In this document: piece by piece, positions 44,247 to 55,629 of the stretch
How the letters are laid out: every line of letters starts with the position of its first letter
How positions within the stretch are numbered: position 1 is the first letter of the stretch
NCBI GenBank assembly: GCA_964016885.1
Contig: OZ024740.1
Location: 17,546,001-17,610,000, forward strand
Origin: Eledone cirrhosa
Taxonomy: Eukaryota
DNA length: 64,000 bases
Direction: 5' to 3'
Notes under the pieces: generated by a model
Seen by the model: the letters and a program-made list of their open reading frames with translations, nothing else
Databases searched by the model: none
Told to the model about the DNA's origin: nothing
Position numbers and translations under genes: made by a program

Positions 44247-45215
44247 TCATCATCATCAACGTTTAACGTCCGTGTTCCACGCCTGCATGGGTTTGGACGG
44301 GGGTTTTCCCACTTGAGGCAAGAGTGATTGTCTTGCTCGCATAGGACTGTCTGGCAGCTTTTCTACAGTTGGATGCCACCAACCACATTTACAGTGTGGG
44401 TCTGGGAGGTTTTTACCGTGTTGCCTACACGGCCACATTACAGCGTGGACTGTGTGTTTTTTTGTCGTGACACCTACACGATCTCATTTGTTTCGGCCTC
44501 GATGGCGCGGCACCAACATAACTTTACATAGAAGGGGGCGGTGTGGATGGGGGGGGTATTTTGTTAGGGATGCCTACTGACTGTAGTAGGTTTTACTATG
44601 TATTTAGGTAAGGCGGGTCTTCTCTGTTACTGAGTACCGCCAAAGGTCTCGGTCCAGTGACATTGTCTTGGAGAGGTGTAAGTGTGTGAGGTCGGAGTTT
44701 ATCAGCTCGTCCCAGGTTTTTCTAGGTCTGCCTATTCCGTGGCTACCGTCTATCTTTATTGCCCTGCACTTTGTTATACAGCTATCGACTTTCATGCGCA
44801 TCACGTGTCCATACCAACGTAGCCTTCTCTCGAGTAAACAACATCTGATCCCTCTTATCTCTAATTTTTTCCTTAGTTCGTTTATGCTTTGCCGTTCACG
44901 TATATTACTATTACACATCCAGCGGAGCATGCAAGCTTCATTCCTCACTAGTCTGCGTATATCCTCTGCACACAATGCCCAGGTCTCACTGCCATGCAAC
45001 ATTGCTGTTCGTATGCAGGCATCGTACAACCTGCCTTTCATTTTTAGTGAGAACCCTTTAGCGGCTAATAGTGGTATAAGCTCTCTGAACTTTTTCCATC
45101 CAGTTCTGACTCTAGCTACTGTACTTTCAGAGCACCCTCCCCCACTGCTGATTTCGTCACCCAGGTAACGGAAGCTGTCCACTATTTCTATAGAGCCCTC
45201 TGCGCAGTTGAAAGA
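44247..45215 (-). mobile_element. Second, shorter copy of the same RTE LINE with (GAT)n tail, inserted into a TTAA MITE
   Basis: ORF 44604-45182 nearly identical to the C-terminal part of 28134-29198; matching 3' UTR. Confidence 0.92.
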
Positions 45216-45324
45216 GCTATTATATATATGCTAAAGGGTTAACATCCATTTTCCTTGCTACTAATTATGTGATTAAGGGATGTTATTGAGGGGAAATTTA
45301 ATTTTTAAATTAAAATGTTTAATT

Positions 45325-45500
45325 AATTGTTTCTACTTTTGGCACAAGGCCAGCAAATACCTAGTACATTACTGGTACCTTATTTTATCGACCCTGTAAG
45401 GATGAAAGGCAAAGTTAACCTCAACGGGATTTGAACTCAGTCCGTAAAGGGACGTAACTGTGCTGCAAAGCATGGCGTCCGACCCTCTACCGATACTGAA
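45325..45500 (-). mobile_element. SINE family A copy
   Basis: Reverse complement of the consensus; further minus copies at ~41085-41285 and ~47255-47410. Confidence 0.78.
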
Positions 45501-45679
45501 AATCAATGCCCTACAATGTTTAATTAATCCAGAGAAGTTGCCTCAATAAGTAAAAAGGAGAGGCCATACTGAACAAAGTGCAAAAAAAAAAAGAAGAAAA
45601 AAATCACCCCCAAAACAAATATTTTGTTACAATAGAAAAACAAACAAAATAATTGTCTGTGAATGTGTTTAGATAAACC

Positions 45680-46311
45680 TCTTACACAGACAAAATACAT
45701 TTATTGATTACTGGTGTGTAAATATTGAGATGTATACTTTACCTGTCATTATCTACACACCTGTATTGATTAATGAGTTCTTTGATTAGTAAGGTGTAAA
45801 TATGGACAATACAACATGGCTGAGTGGTCAGGTGTTCACTTTGTAGCCACGAGCAAGGTAATTGATTCAATTGCATGGTGGTGGTGGTGGTGGTGGTGGG
45901 TGGTGGCAGTGTTGATGGTGGTGGTGGGTGGTGGCGGTGGTGGTGGTGGTAGTGACAGTTGTGGTTGTAGAGGTAGTGAGAGTAGAGTGTGGTGGTGGTT
46001 CTAGTGATGGTGAGAGCAGGGGAGGTTATTGTGGAGGTGGTTGTGGCACTGGTGACAGGCTGAGGGTATGGGGTATATATTGGATGAGGCAGAACTCAAC
46101 TTGTTATATATCATTTGGATTTTGAAAAGTTAAAAAACGGGGTGAGGAAACGTGATTTAAGTAAAAAAAATCCCCAAATTCTACATTTAAATTTGTTGGA
46201 GAATTTGACGTTCCTTGGACTGAGTCTGAGAGAGAATTACATACTTTTCTTTATTTCTTAATTATTTAGTCAAGATGGAAGTGCTGTGCCTGTAGTCATT
46301 TCTTAGGGTAT
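45680..46311 (-). other. Probable terminal exon: ATA CCC TAA (IP-stop if the microexon is skipped) followed by 3' UTR
   Basis: Acceptor ctccccacctcttttctaccaatgtcAG|ATA at 46311; minus-strand AATAAA at 45700-45705; the true 3' end is uncertain. Confidence 0.5.
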
Positions 46312-47131
46312 CTGACATTGGTAGAAAAGAGGTGGGGAGATATCCTCAAATCAGAAACCTGACTTAAATGAAAGCTTGCAAGAGAGTGGGCCTTGCTAAA
46401 GACACCCGAGGGACAGGTAGCTGTGGTGATGGTGGTGGTGAATGTGGTGGTATTAAACTGGCCAACATATTAAGTCTACCACATAGGTAAACTGTAGTGG
46501 GATTGAAACTTAAGATGCAAATAACTATTACAAACACTGCAAGGAACCCCATCCAATGGTCTAACAATTCTATCAATCTACCACCTTAAACTAGTGTTTT
46601 GTTTTATTGACCCCTATAAGGGCAAAACCAGCCGATAGGAGACTCGGGGGTGGGGGTGGGGGAGACTCCGAACAAGATGGTTAGATAACATCCATGAGCT
46701 CAGCTGGTCTCGCTTGAAGATCCCACCAGATCAGTTGGAAATGGTTGCTTCTGACAGGACCCACTGGAAGAAGTGTTTGAGGACTCTGTCCTCACAATCC
46801 TCTCAGGAATATGTGGGCGAAGAAGAAGACTCCCAAAAGGGTGGAATGGCAAAGGTAATCTTGGCAAGATTTGAACTCAGAACATAATTGGAATAAATAC
46901 TGTAAGGCATCTTTGTCTTAGACTTTAATGGCTGCCAATTCTTGAAGAAAGAGAGAGGGACAGCCTCCAAAATGTCAGGTTCCTCTCTCACCCCATATCA
47001 AACAAACTTATCCAGACTCACAAATTTCACAACACATCGAAAGGTTAAGTGGGTGGTGGTGGTGGAGGGATTCAAAGATCAATAACACGGGAGATATACA
47101 GGGTAATACAGGTGACACAGAGAGTACAAAC

Positions 47132-47164
47132 CTACAATTCGCTGCCATCCTTATATGTAGTGTT
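47132..47164 (-). CDS. Putative 33-bp microexon encoding NTTYKDGSEL-stop
   Basis: Pyrimidine tract tttctctctctctcttgaAG|AAC, phase 0 matching the giant exon donor; ends TAG|GTttgt. Confidence 0.6.
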   Translation of the reverse strand, partial: NTTYKDGSEL

Positions 47165-47743
47165 CTTCAAGAGAGAGAGAGAAACATTAACATTAATAGA
47201 GCTTAACTATGAACTACAGGTAAGATAATGATGATGATGTCAGTGATAATAATGGCAGGCACAAGGTCAACAGTTTTAGAAGAGGGGAAAGTCAATTAAA
47301 TTGACTCCAGTGTATTACTGGTACTTTATATCATTGACCTCGTAAGGATGAAAGGTATAGCTAACCTCGGCGAAATTTGAACGCAGAACGTAAAGGGATG
47401 TAACTCTATGTCAATGATAATGATATATTGGGCAACACTTCACAATATAAAACATATTAATAAGGTTTGCCAAACAACATTTTTAGGAAAGTATAGACTC
47501 TAGATAACAGGGCTTGAGTGACTTAATGAGATAATACATAAGTGACTCTACAAGAGAACTTGTGAGTGATGCTACAAGATGATAACACGAGTGAATCTAC
47601 AAAATAACATGAGTGACACTACAAGATAATATGAGTGACTCTACAACACATGAGTGATACTACAAGAGAGTTAACAGGGTTGAGTGAGGCTATGTTATGA
47701 CTATATGAGTGACTCTATAAAATAAATATGGCTGACAACTTAC

Positions 47744-50700
47744 CCCTTTCAGGTTGCTCCGGCTAGAATTTTTGATTTCCAATAATAATTTCTCACGTGG
47801 CGCAAGTTCTGGTTCTGGTAACTTACGCTTTGGTTTTGGTGCTACTGATGGCGGCTTCAGTACAACCATAGCTGGAACAGCTCGGACAATTCCACCTTCT
47901 GTATCATTTTGTTTTCGAAAGAAGTTTACCTCTGTTTTCACTGGAGGAGAGTTCTCTTTTGGTGGTCCAACCTTCTTTAGATTCACTGTAAATGGAAGTT
48001 TTGGTGGTGGGCTTGAAGGTTTTGGAGGAAGTGCTGGCACTGGACTGCTAGAGTCCTTAGTTTTGGAGTTTTCTTTCTGTTTCTGTAATTTGTCGCTGAA
48101 TGTTTCTGGTGGTGGTGGAAAGTTTGTAATGTTTTTAATTTGGGGTTTAATCTCTTTCGGTGTAATGGGTTTTTGTGGGAGTTCTGGCGGAGGGGGCAAT
48201 ACAGTTGACACATTTTTGGGTAAATGTATTTTTGTCTGGGGAGATGAAGGTGATGATGATCTCACTTGAGTTTTTAAATTCTCTGGAAGATGTTTGAGGC
48301 CCTCTTCGAAACTTTGAATTATCTCCTCTTGGCTCTTTAGCATTTGAGCCATCTTGCCCACTAGGGGATCCTCTTTAATGTTGGAACTGGAACCTTTGTT
48401 TAATATAGTAGTCTTGTGTTCTTCAAGTTGTTGCTGCCATATTTCCAATTGGTCTTTCATAGCTTTCTGTTCTTCAACATGATAACTAGAACCTAGGTGA
48501 GACGTCAACTTGGTTTCCCACAAAGATATTTGCTCCTTCAGTAAGTTCTGCTCCTGTGCAGCTATTTTCTTTCGAATATCCAAACGGTGTTGGATTGCAA
48601 TCAGTTGTCGGTGCCATAAATTCACCTGTTTCTGCAGAAGGTCATGTTCTGTCTCTGAGTAATATGTGTTGCTATCGGTCTGAGATAACTTAAGACGGGC
48701 GAGATTTATCTGTTTTTCTAGAATCTCTTGTTCATCAGTGATATAATCAGCATTGTAACCCTCATCAAAGCTGCTCATCTTTTTATAAAAGTCAATTTGA
48801 CGGTTGACAATTGCATTTTCCTGAGCCGTTATTTCAGGGTTGACATCTTTGTCAGTTTTTGACAGCTTTCTCTCTAACAATTTTATCTGTTTTTGTGGAA
48901 CATTTTCTTTTTGATTTCGACTTTTTTCATAATCCAGTAAATCATTTTGCCAAAGTTCTATCTGTTGTTGAAGTATTTCACTCTCAATTTTTCCCAGTTC
49001 ATCATTGTCTTTTTTCGAATGACACTTTTCTCGTTTCTTCTGCCAGACCATAATTTGTTGGTTAAGGATGTCTTGTTGAACAGAATGTGATAATGGGGTT
49101 TCCTCGAAAGTAAACAGTTTCAGTTGTTTTTTCCAGATAGAAATCTGTTCTCTGACATCTGATTCCTCTTCTCCAATACTCGTGTCAGTATTTCGTTTCA
49201 TTTTTGTATACCACAAATCAATATATTTCTTCAAGATATCTTGCTCTGCAGCAAGATGGATTATCTTCTTGTCTTTGTTTTCTATAAGACCTCTCTGCCA
49301 AAGTTCAATTTGCTGCATGAGAATCTCCCTTTCTTCTTCGGTGTACCCTAATGTGTTATATTTGATGATATCAAGATGGTCTTGCCACAGACGAATTTGG
49401 TCTTTCTGTAGTTCTTCATCGAGTAATTTAAATTTTATTCTTGTCTCTTTCTTCTCTCTCTTCACATTAAGCCATCGCTGCCAAATATCAATCTCCTTAG
49501 CCAACAACTCTGACCCTTTCATCTCTGTCTCTTTGCCACTTATATCAATATTTTGGTTAGCAAGTCTACCTTGCCACAACTCTATCTGAAATTGCAGAAT
49601 ATTCTGTTGTTCTTCATTATATTTCTGTAAAGAATCTTTCCTCTCCCGCACTGCTGCCAACTTTTGCTGCCAAAGGTCAACTTGTAACTTCAAAAGATCT
49701 TGTTCAATAGGTTCCATTGTAGAATTAGTTTCATCATTTTTCTGTAACCTTTGCTGATAGAGGTTAATTTTATCACAAAGGACATCCATTTCTTCAGCCA
49801 AGAATGCTTCACATTCTACATCATCAGCATTCAGCTTTTTATTCCAAAGCTGGATTTCTCTTTGAAGAAGTTTCTGTTCTACAACCAGGAAATCATTATC
49901 AATATTTTGGCTGTCTTTTGTCTGTTTCTTCCAGATGTCTATCTGTTTCATCACAACATCTTCATTATCAGAATTCTTTTCATTCATCTTGTTCTCCCAC
50001 AGTTCAATCTGCTGTTCTAAAATCTCCTGTTCCAACTTACTGTCCTTGTCCTGCTGGTTCTGGACATCCTGTAGTTGTGAGTGCCAAACATTCATTTGTT
50101 CTTTCAAGATCTCTCTTTTACTTGAAGGATCTCCAGCCTTGTACCACTGAAGTTGTTTCTGCCAAACTATTAACTGTCTTCTCAAAATATCTTGTTCCTG
50201 GGCACTGAACGAATGTCCTGCAAATTTCTTGTCCTTTAAATTTTTCTTCCACACTTCAATCTGGCGCCTAAGAAGGTTCTGTTCGTTGGTGCTGCTATCA
50301 GTGTCACAGCCTTTCTTGTCAAGTTGGTTCTGCCAAAGGTCAATTTGTTCTTGAAGAACCTCGCTTTCTTCAATAGTATAAAGGTTAGAACTTTTTTGAA
50401 TAACATTAATCTTTTGTTTCCAAACATGAACTTGTTTCTTTAAAAATTCTATTTCTTGTTCTTTGTATTTCTTTGCACCATCACTTTGCCGTTCTTTGGC
50501 AGACAACTTCCTTTGCCAAAGTTCTATCTGTTGTTTCATGACTTTCTGTTCAGTACTCTAAATCCAGAAGAATCTGTTACCATTTAGTTCTCTCAACTGT
50601 TTGTTCCATTGATCAACCTTCTCTCGGAGTTTCTCTTGTTCCTGTTCTGTGTACAACCCACTGTTGTCATTTAGGTGTTCCTGGAGTTGTTTCTGCCAGC

Positions 50701-50984
50701 GTTCAATCTGTTTCTTCAGATTGGTTTGAGCAGACAATGGAATGGAGTCACCTTGGGTAGATTCAGAATCTAATGTGTCTGCCTCGGAGTCAATTGACAG
50801 AGTGTACCCATCCAGTTTTATCTTTGGAGACCTCCTCTTTTCATTTGATGGTGATAACCTATTTTTATTTTCTTCTTTGGCTTCCTGTCTCTTCTGATTC
50901 TCAATCATTGGAGAACCGCGGTAATCCAAAGATTTCCGATCCTCTTTTGTCAACACTAGTTCCTCTTTAGGACTGTTCATGTAC
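47744..50984 (-). CDS. Giant coding exon (>3.2 kb): ~27 Trp-containing helical repeats, Pro-rich region and WH2-like motif; putative actin regulator (cordon-bleu/Spire-type WH2, identity unconfirmed)
   Basis: ORFs 50558-51193 and 47690-50539 are in the same frame, separated by one TAG at 50558-50560; donor AAAGGG|GTaagt at 47744; WH2-like LAPREKLLLEIKNSSRSNLKG; 5' splice site lies in the N gap. Confidence 0.88.
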
Positions 50985-51184
50985 NNNNNNNNNNNNNNNN
51001 NNNNNNNNNNNNNNNNNNNNNNNNNNNNNNNNNNNNNNNNNNNNNNNNNNNNNNNNNNNNNNNNNNNNNNNNNNNNNNNNNNNNNNNNNNNNNNNNNNNN
51101 NNNNNNNNNNNNNNNNNNNNNNNNNNNNNNNNNNNNNNNNNNNNNNNNNNNNNNNNNNNNNNNNNNNNNNNNNNNNNNNNNNNN
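50985..51184. other. Assembly gap (200 N)
   Basis: Run of N in the sequence. Confidence 1.
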
Positions 51185-51675
51185 CACTAGCATGGGTTAG
51201 ACAGATTGTCCTTTTTATGGGCAATGCTCATACAGAACTAATTCTGGCTTGATTTCTACAGCTGGATGCCCTTCCTAACACCAACCTCATTTACAGTGAG
51301 TGCTGGGTGCTTTTTTACCGTGGCTCCTACACGTCCACTTTACAGTGTGGGCTGGCTGCTTTTTTGTTGTGACACCTCCACGACCACTTTGCAGTGGGAG
51401 GGGGTCGGGGCATATTGCCTATATGTTTCAGCTTCGGCTTGTACCAATGGGAAGTTGAGTCTTCTGTATTACTGCGTAATGCCAGAGGTCACAGTCCTGT
51501 GTCATCGCCTTTTAGAGGTGCAATTGAGCAAAGTCAACTTGTATCACCTTATCCAGATCTTCTTCAACTACAACTGCTTCATTCATATGATGATTTTATG
51601 TATTGAGTACTTTTTTTAACCGTGGTTACTCTCCGACACAACTTCGGAATCTACATATTACATATATATATATAT

Positions 51676-52010
51676 CATCATCATTTCATTTCATTTTACG
51701 TCCGCTTTTCCCTGCTTGCAAGGGTGGGACCGGAATTGATTCTGGCTTGATTTCTACAGCTGGATGCCCTTCCTAACACCAACCTCATTTACAGTGAGTG
51801 CTGGGTGCTTTTTTGTCATGGCACCTCCACGACCACTTTGCAGTGGAATGATATGGACCCCAGTCCCTATCATCTCATTTCTACAGCTGAGTAAACTGGA
51901 GCAATGTGAAATAAAGTGTCTTGCTCAAGGAAACAATACATCACCTGGTCTGAGAATTGAACTCACAACCTTTCGATTGCAAGGCCAATGCTCTAACCAC
52001 TAAACCATGT
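51676..52010 (-). mobile_element. SINE family B copy
   Basis: Near-identical to 24434-24756. Confidence 0.82.
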
Positions 52011-52044
52011 GACTCCATCTATATATCTATATATATATATACAA

Positions 52045-52475
52045 TTAATAATAATGCTCAGGTGCACTACAACTCACCAAAGGTGCATGTATAGTATATA
52101 GAATAATGTACAAATGTCAGGGAAGTGAACAGTGTATGAGTCATGATATACATATGTGCGTGTGTATGGAGGGGGGATGTCAGGTGTAGTGTTGGCAAAT
52201 TTCAGGAAGCATGGAGGTTTTGAAGGATGCATCGTCAAGACAGCTAACAACTGATGCAGGCAGTTTGATCCATGCTTCAGCAACTCTGTGTGTGAAAAAA
52301 TGTTTCTAAAAGTCATGGGAACTGTGCTGTTTTCTGACTTTGTTAGACACATGGAAATCAAAAAGGTACTCAGGGTTGTTGTTGGCAAGATGGTTAATAA
52401 TTTTGTGGGTGTTTACCAGGCGTTGGAGCTTCAATATATCCATGTCCAGGGAAGCAAGGCATTCGGAATATTTAT
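52045..52475 (-). mobile_element. Second, more degraded CR1/L2-group LINE 3' end
   Basis: Nucleotide similarity to 590-1060; a small tail fragment also at ~10830-10905. Confidence 0.8.
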
Positions 52476-52999
52476 ATAGGTGATGATGATGATATATATA
52501 TATATATGCAAGTAGTAACACAACAGTTAGTTCACCATACCGAGAACTAACTGTTGTGTTACTACTTCTACCAAACTCATCCCATGAACTGAGTGCTCTA
52601 CTACTACAGATATTACCCACCAGTGTTCTTCCTTTATATATATATATTTAAAGACACAAGAGAGATGTAGGTAGATATAGGTGTTCATCACAATGGACAG
52701 CTCAACCGATCTAATAACAATTTAGTAGGTGAGGTATTAATATAAGTAAAAGAGAGGAAAAAATAGTGTGAAGTGTTGTGAGAGAGACTTGTTGAAGGAG
52801 AGAGTGTCAAGTATGAGTAGTTGTGAAAGTGGAGAAACTTGTTGAAGGAAAGATAGTCAAGTATATAAAAATTATTAAAGGAAAATTATAATCTACAGGA
52901 TATTAATATAAACATAAATGTATGATGGTGGTGGTGGTGGTGGTGATATGGTGGTGGTGGTGGTGGTGGTGATATGATGGTGGTGGTGGTGGTGGTGAT

Positions 53000-55070
53000 A
53001 TGATGGTGACAGTAATGGTGGCCGTAATGGTGGCAGTAATGGTGGCAGTAATGGTGACAGTAATGATGACAGTAATGGTGGCAGTAATGGTGACAGTAAT
53101 GGTGGCCGTAATGGTAGCAGTAATGGTGGCAGTAATGGTGACAATTATGGTGACAGTAATGGTGACAGTAATGGTGGCAGTAATGGTGGCAGTAATGGTG
53201 GCAGTAATGGTGACAGTAATGGTGGCAGTAATGGTGACAGTAATGGTGACAGTAATGATGACAGTAATGGTGACAATTATGGTGACAGTAATGGTGACAG
53301 TAATGGTGACAGTAATGGTGGCAGTAATGGTGGCAGTAATGGTGACAGTAATGGTGACAGTAATGGTGACAGTAATGGTGACAATTATGGTGACAGTAAT
53401 GGTGACAGTAATGGTGACAGTAATGGTGGCAGTAATGGTGGCAGTAATGGTGGCAGTAATGGTGACAGTAATGGTGGCAGTAATGGTGACAGTAATGATG
53501 ACAGTAATGGTGGCAGTAATGGTGGCAGTAATGGTGGCAGTAATGGTGGCAGTTATGGTGGCAGTAATGGTGGCAGTAATGGTGACAGTAATGGTGGCAG
53601 TAATGGTGACAATTATGGTGACAGTAATGGTGGCAGTAATGGTGGCAGTAATGGTGGCAGTTATGGTGGCAGTAATGGTGGCAGTAATGGTGACAGTAAT
53701 GGTGGCAGTAATGGTGACAATTATGGTGACAGTAATGGTGGCAGTAATGGTGACAGTAATGGTGGCCGTAATGGTAGCAGTAATGGTGACAATTATGGTG
53801 ACAGTAATGGTGACAGTAATGGTGGCAGTAATGGTGACAGTAATGGTGGCAGTAATGGTGACAGTAATGGTGACAGTAATGGTGGCAGTAATGGTGGCAG
53901 TAATGGTGGCAGTAATGGTGACAGTAATGGTGGCAGTAATGGTGACAGTAATGATGACAGTAATGGTGGCAGTAATGGTGGCAGTAATGGTGGCAGTAAT
54001 GGTGGCAGTAATGGTGACAGTAATGGTGGCAGTAATGGTGGCAGTAATGGTGGCAGTAATGGTGGCAGTAATGGTGGCAGTAATGGTGACAGTAATGATG
54101 ACAGTAATGGTGGCAGTAATGGTGACAGTAATGGTGGCAGTAATGGTGACAGTAATGATGACAGTAATGGTGGCAGTAATGGTGGCAGTAATGGTGGCAG
54201 TAATGGTGGCAGTAATGGTGGCAGTAATGGTGACAGTAATGATGACAGTAATGGTGGCAGTAATGGTGACAGTAATGGTGGCAGTAATGGTGACAGTAAT
54301 GATGACAGTAATGGTGGCAGTAATGGTGGCAGTAATGGTGACAGTAATGGTGGCAGTAATGGTGGCAGTAATGGTGACAGTAATGGTGACAGTAATGGTG
54401 GCAGTAATGGTGGCAGTAATGGTGGCAGTAATGGTGGCAGTAATGGTGACAGTAATGATGACAGTAATGGTGGCAGTAATGGTGACAGTAATGGTGGCAG
54501 TAATGGTGACAGTAATGATGACAGTAATGGTGGCAGTAATGGTGGCAGTAATGGTGGCAGTAATGGTGGCAGTAATGGTGGCAGTAATGGTGGCAGTAAT
54601 GGTGACAGTAATGATGACAGTAATGGTGGCAGTAATGGTGACAGTAATGGTGGCAGTAATGGTGACAGTAATGATGACAGTAATGGTGGCAGTAATGGTG
54701 GCAGTAATGGTGACAGTAATGGTGGCAGTAATGGTGGCAGTAATGGTGACAGTAATGGTGACAGTAATGGTGGCAGTAATGGTGACAATTATGGTGACAG
54801 TAATGGTGACAGTAATGGTGGCAGTAATGGTGGCAGTAATGGTGGCAGTAATGGTGGCAGTAATGGTGGCAGTTATGGTGGCAGTAATGGTGGCAGTAAT
54901 GGTGACAGTAATGGTGGCAGTAATGGTGGCAGTAATGGTGGCAGTAATGGTGGCAGTTATGGTGGCAGTAATGGTGACAGTAATGGTGGCAGTAATGGTG
55001 GCAGTAATGGTGGCAGTAATGGTGGCAGTAATGGTGACAATTATGGTGACAGTAATGGTGACAATTATAA
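53000..55070. repeat. 12-bp minisatellite GTAATGGTG(G/A)CA, ~170 copies, intronic
   Basis: Exact 12-bp period; preceded by (GGT)n. Confidence 0.98.
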
Positions 55071-55071
55071 T

Positions 55072-55290
55072 GGTTTATGATTTAGGCACAAGACCAACAA
55101 CTTGGAGGGAGGGGATAAAGTCGATTAAATCGACCCCAGTTTGTTACTGGTACTTTATTTTATCAACCCTGTAAGGATGAAAGGCAAAGCTAACCTTGGC
55201 AGGATTTTAACTCAGAACGTAAAGGGCCATGACTCTATGCTGCGAAGCATGGTGTCCGACGCTCTACCAGTTCTATAAATCCACTGCTCT
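55072..55290 (-). mobile_element. SINE family A copy abutting the 12-bp minisatellite
   Basis: Reverse complement of the consensus. Confidence 0.78.
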
Positions 55291-55446
55291 TGGTGACTAA
55301 TAATAACGGTAATCATTACAATGAGGAATTCAATTGTCATGTTGACAATAATTATGATAGTTGATGAAATCTGACAAAGATGTAGTAGTAGTAATAGTAG
55401 TAGTAGCAGCTGTTGTCTAAATATTGACCACTGGGCTTCTACCTAC

Positions 55447-55629
55447 CTTCGGTACCAACAGCTCCATTGATAACAGGGGAGTGTTCGGAATGGTCAAACT
55501 GTGCATTAGCTGCTTCTGCAATAGTGATTGTCTCTTCAAATGCAACATCAAGGTCATCTGCAGTGTCCAGGGAAGATGTGGTGGTGGTAGTGGTGGTGGT
55601 GCTTCCTTTACTGGGGTTACGGTTGTGTC
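55447..55629 (-). CDS. Internal coding exon (183 bp, phase 1-1); GHNRNPSKGSTTTTTTTTSSLDTADDLDVAFEETITIAEAANAQFDHSEHSPVINGAVGTE
   Basis: Acceptor ggtctttccAG|GA, donor GAAG|GTaggt; frame continues from the previous exon. Confidence 0.8.

Noticed and set aside
47754-50208. Several plus-strand ORFs overlapping the giant exon
   Set aside because: Antisense shadows of the real coding strand
50558-50580. GT...AG micro-intron removing the in-frame stop
   Set aside because: Only 23 nt, and removal shifts the frame into an immediate TGA
53000-55174. 724-aa MVAV ORF and antisense LLPP ORF
   Set aside because: Pure 12-bp tandem repeat in an intron, running into a SINE; no splice or protein evidence
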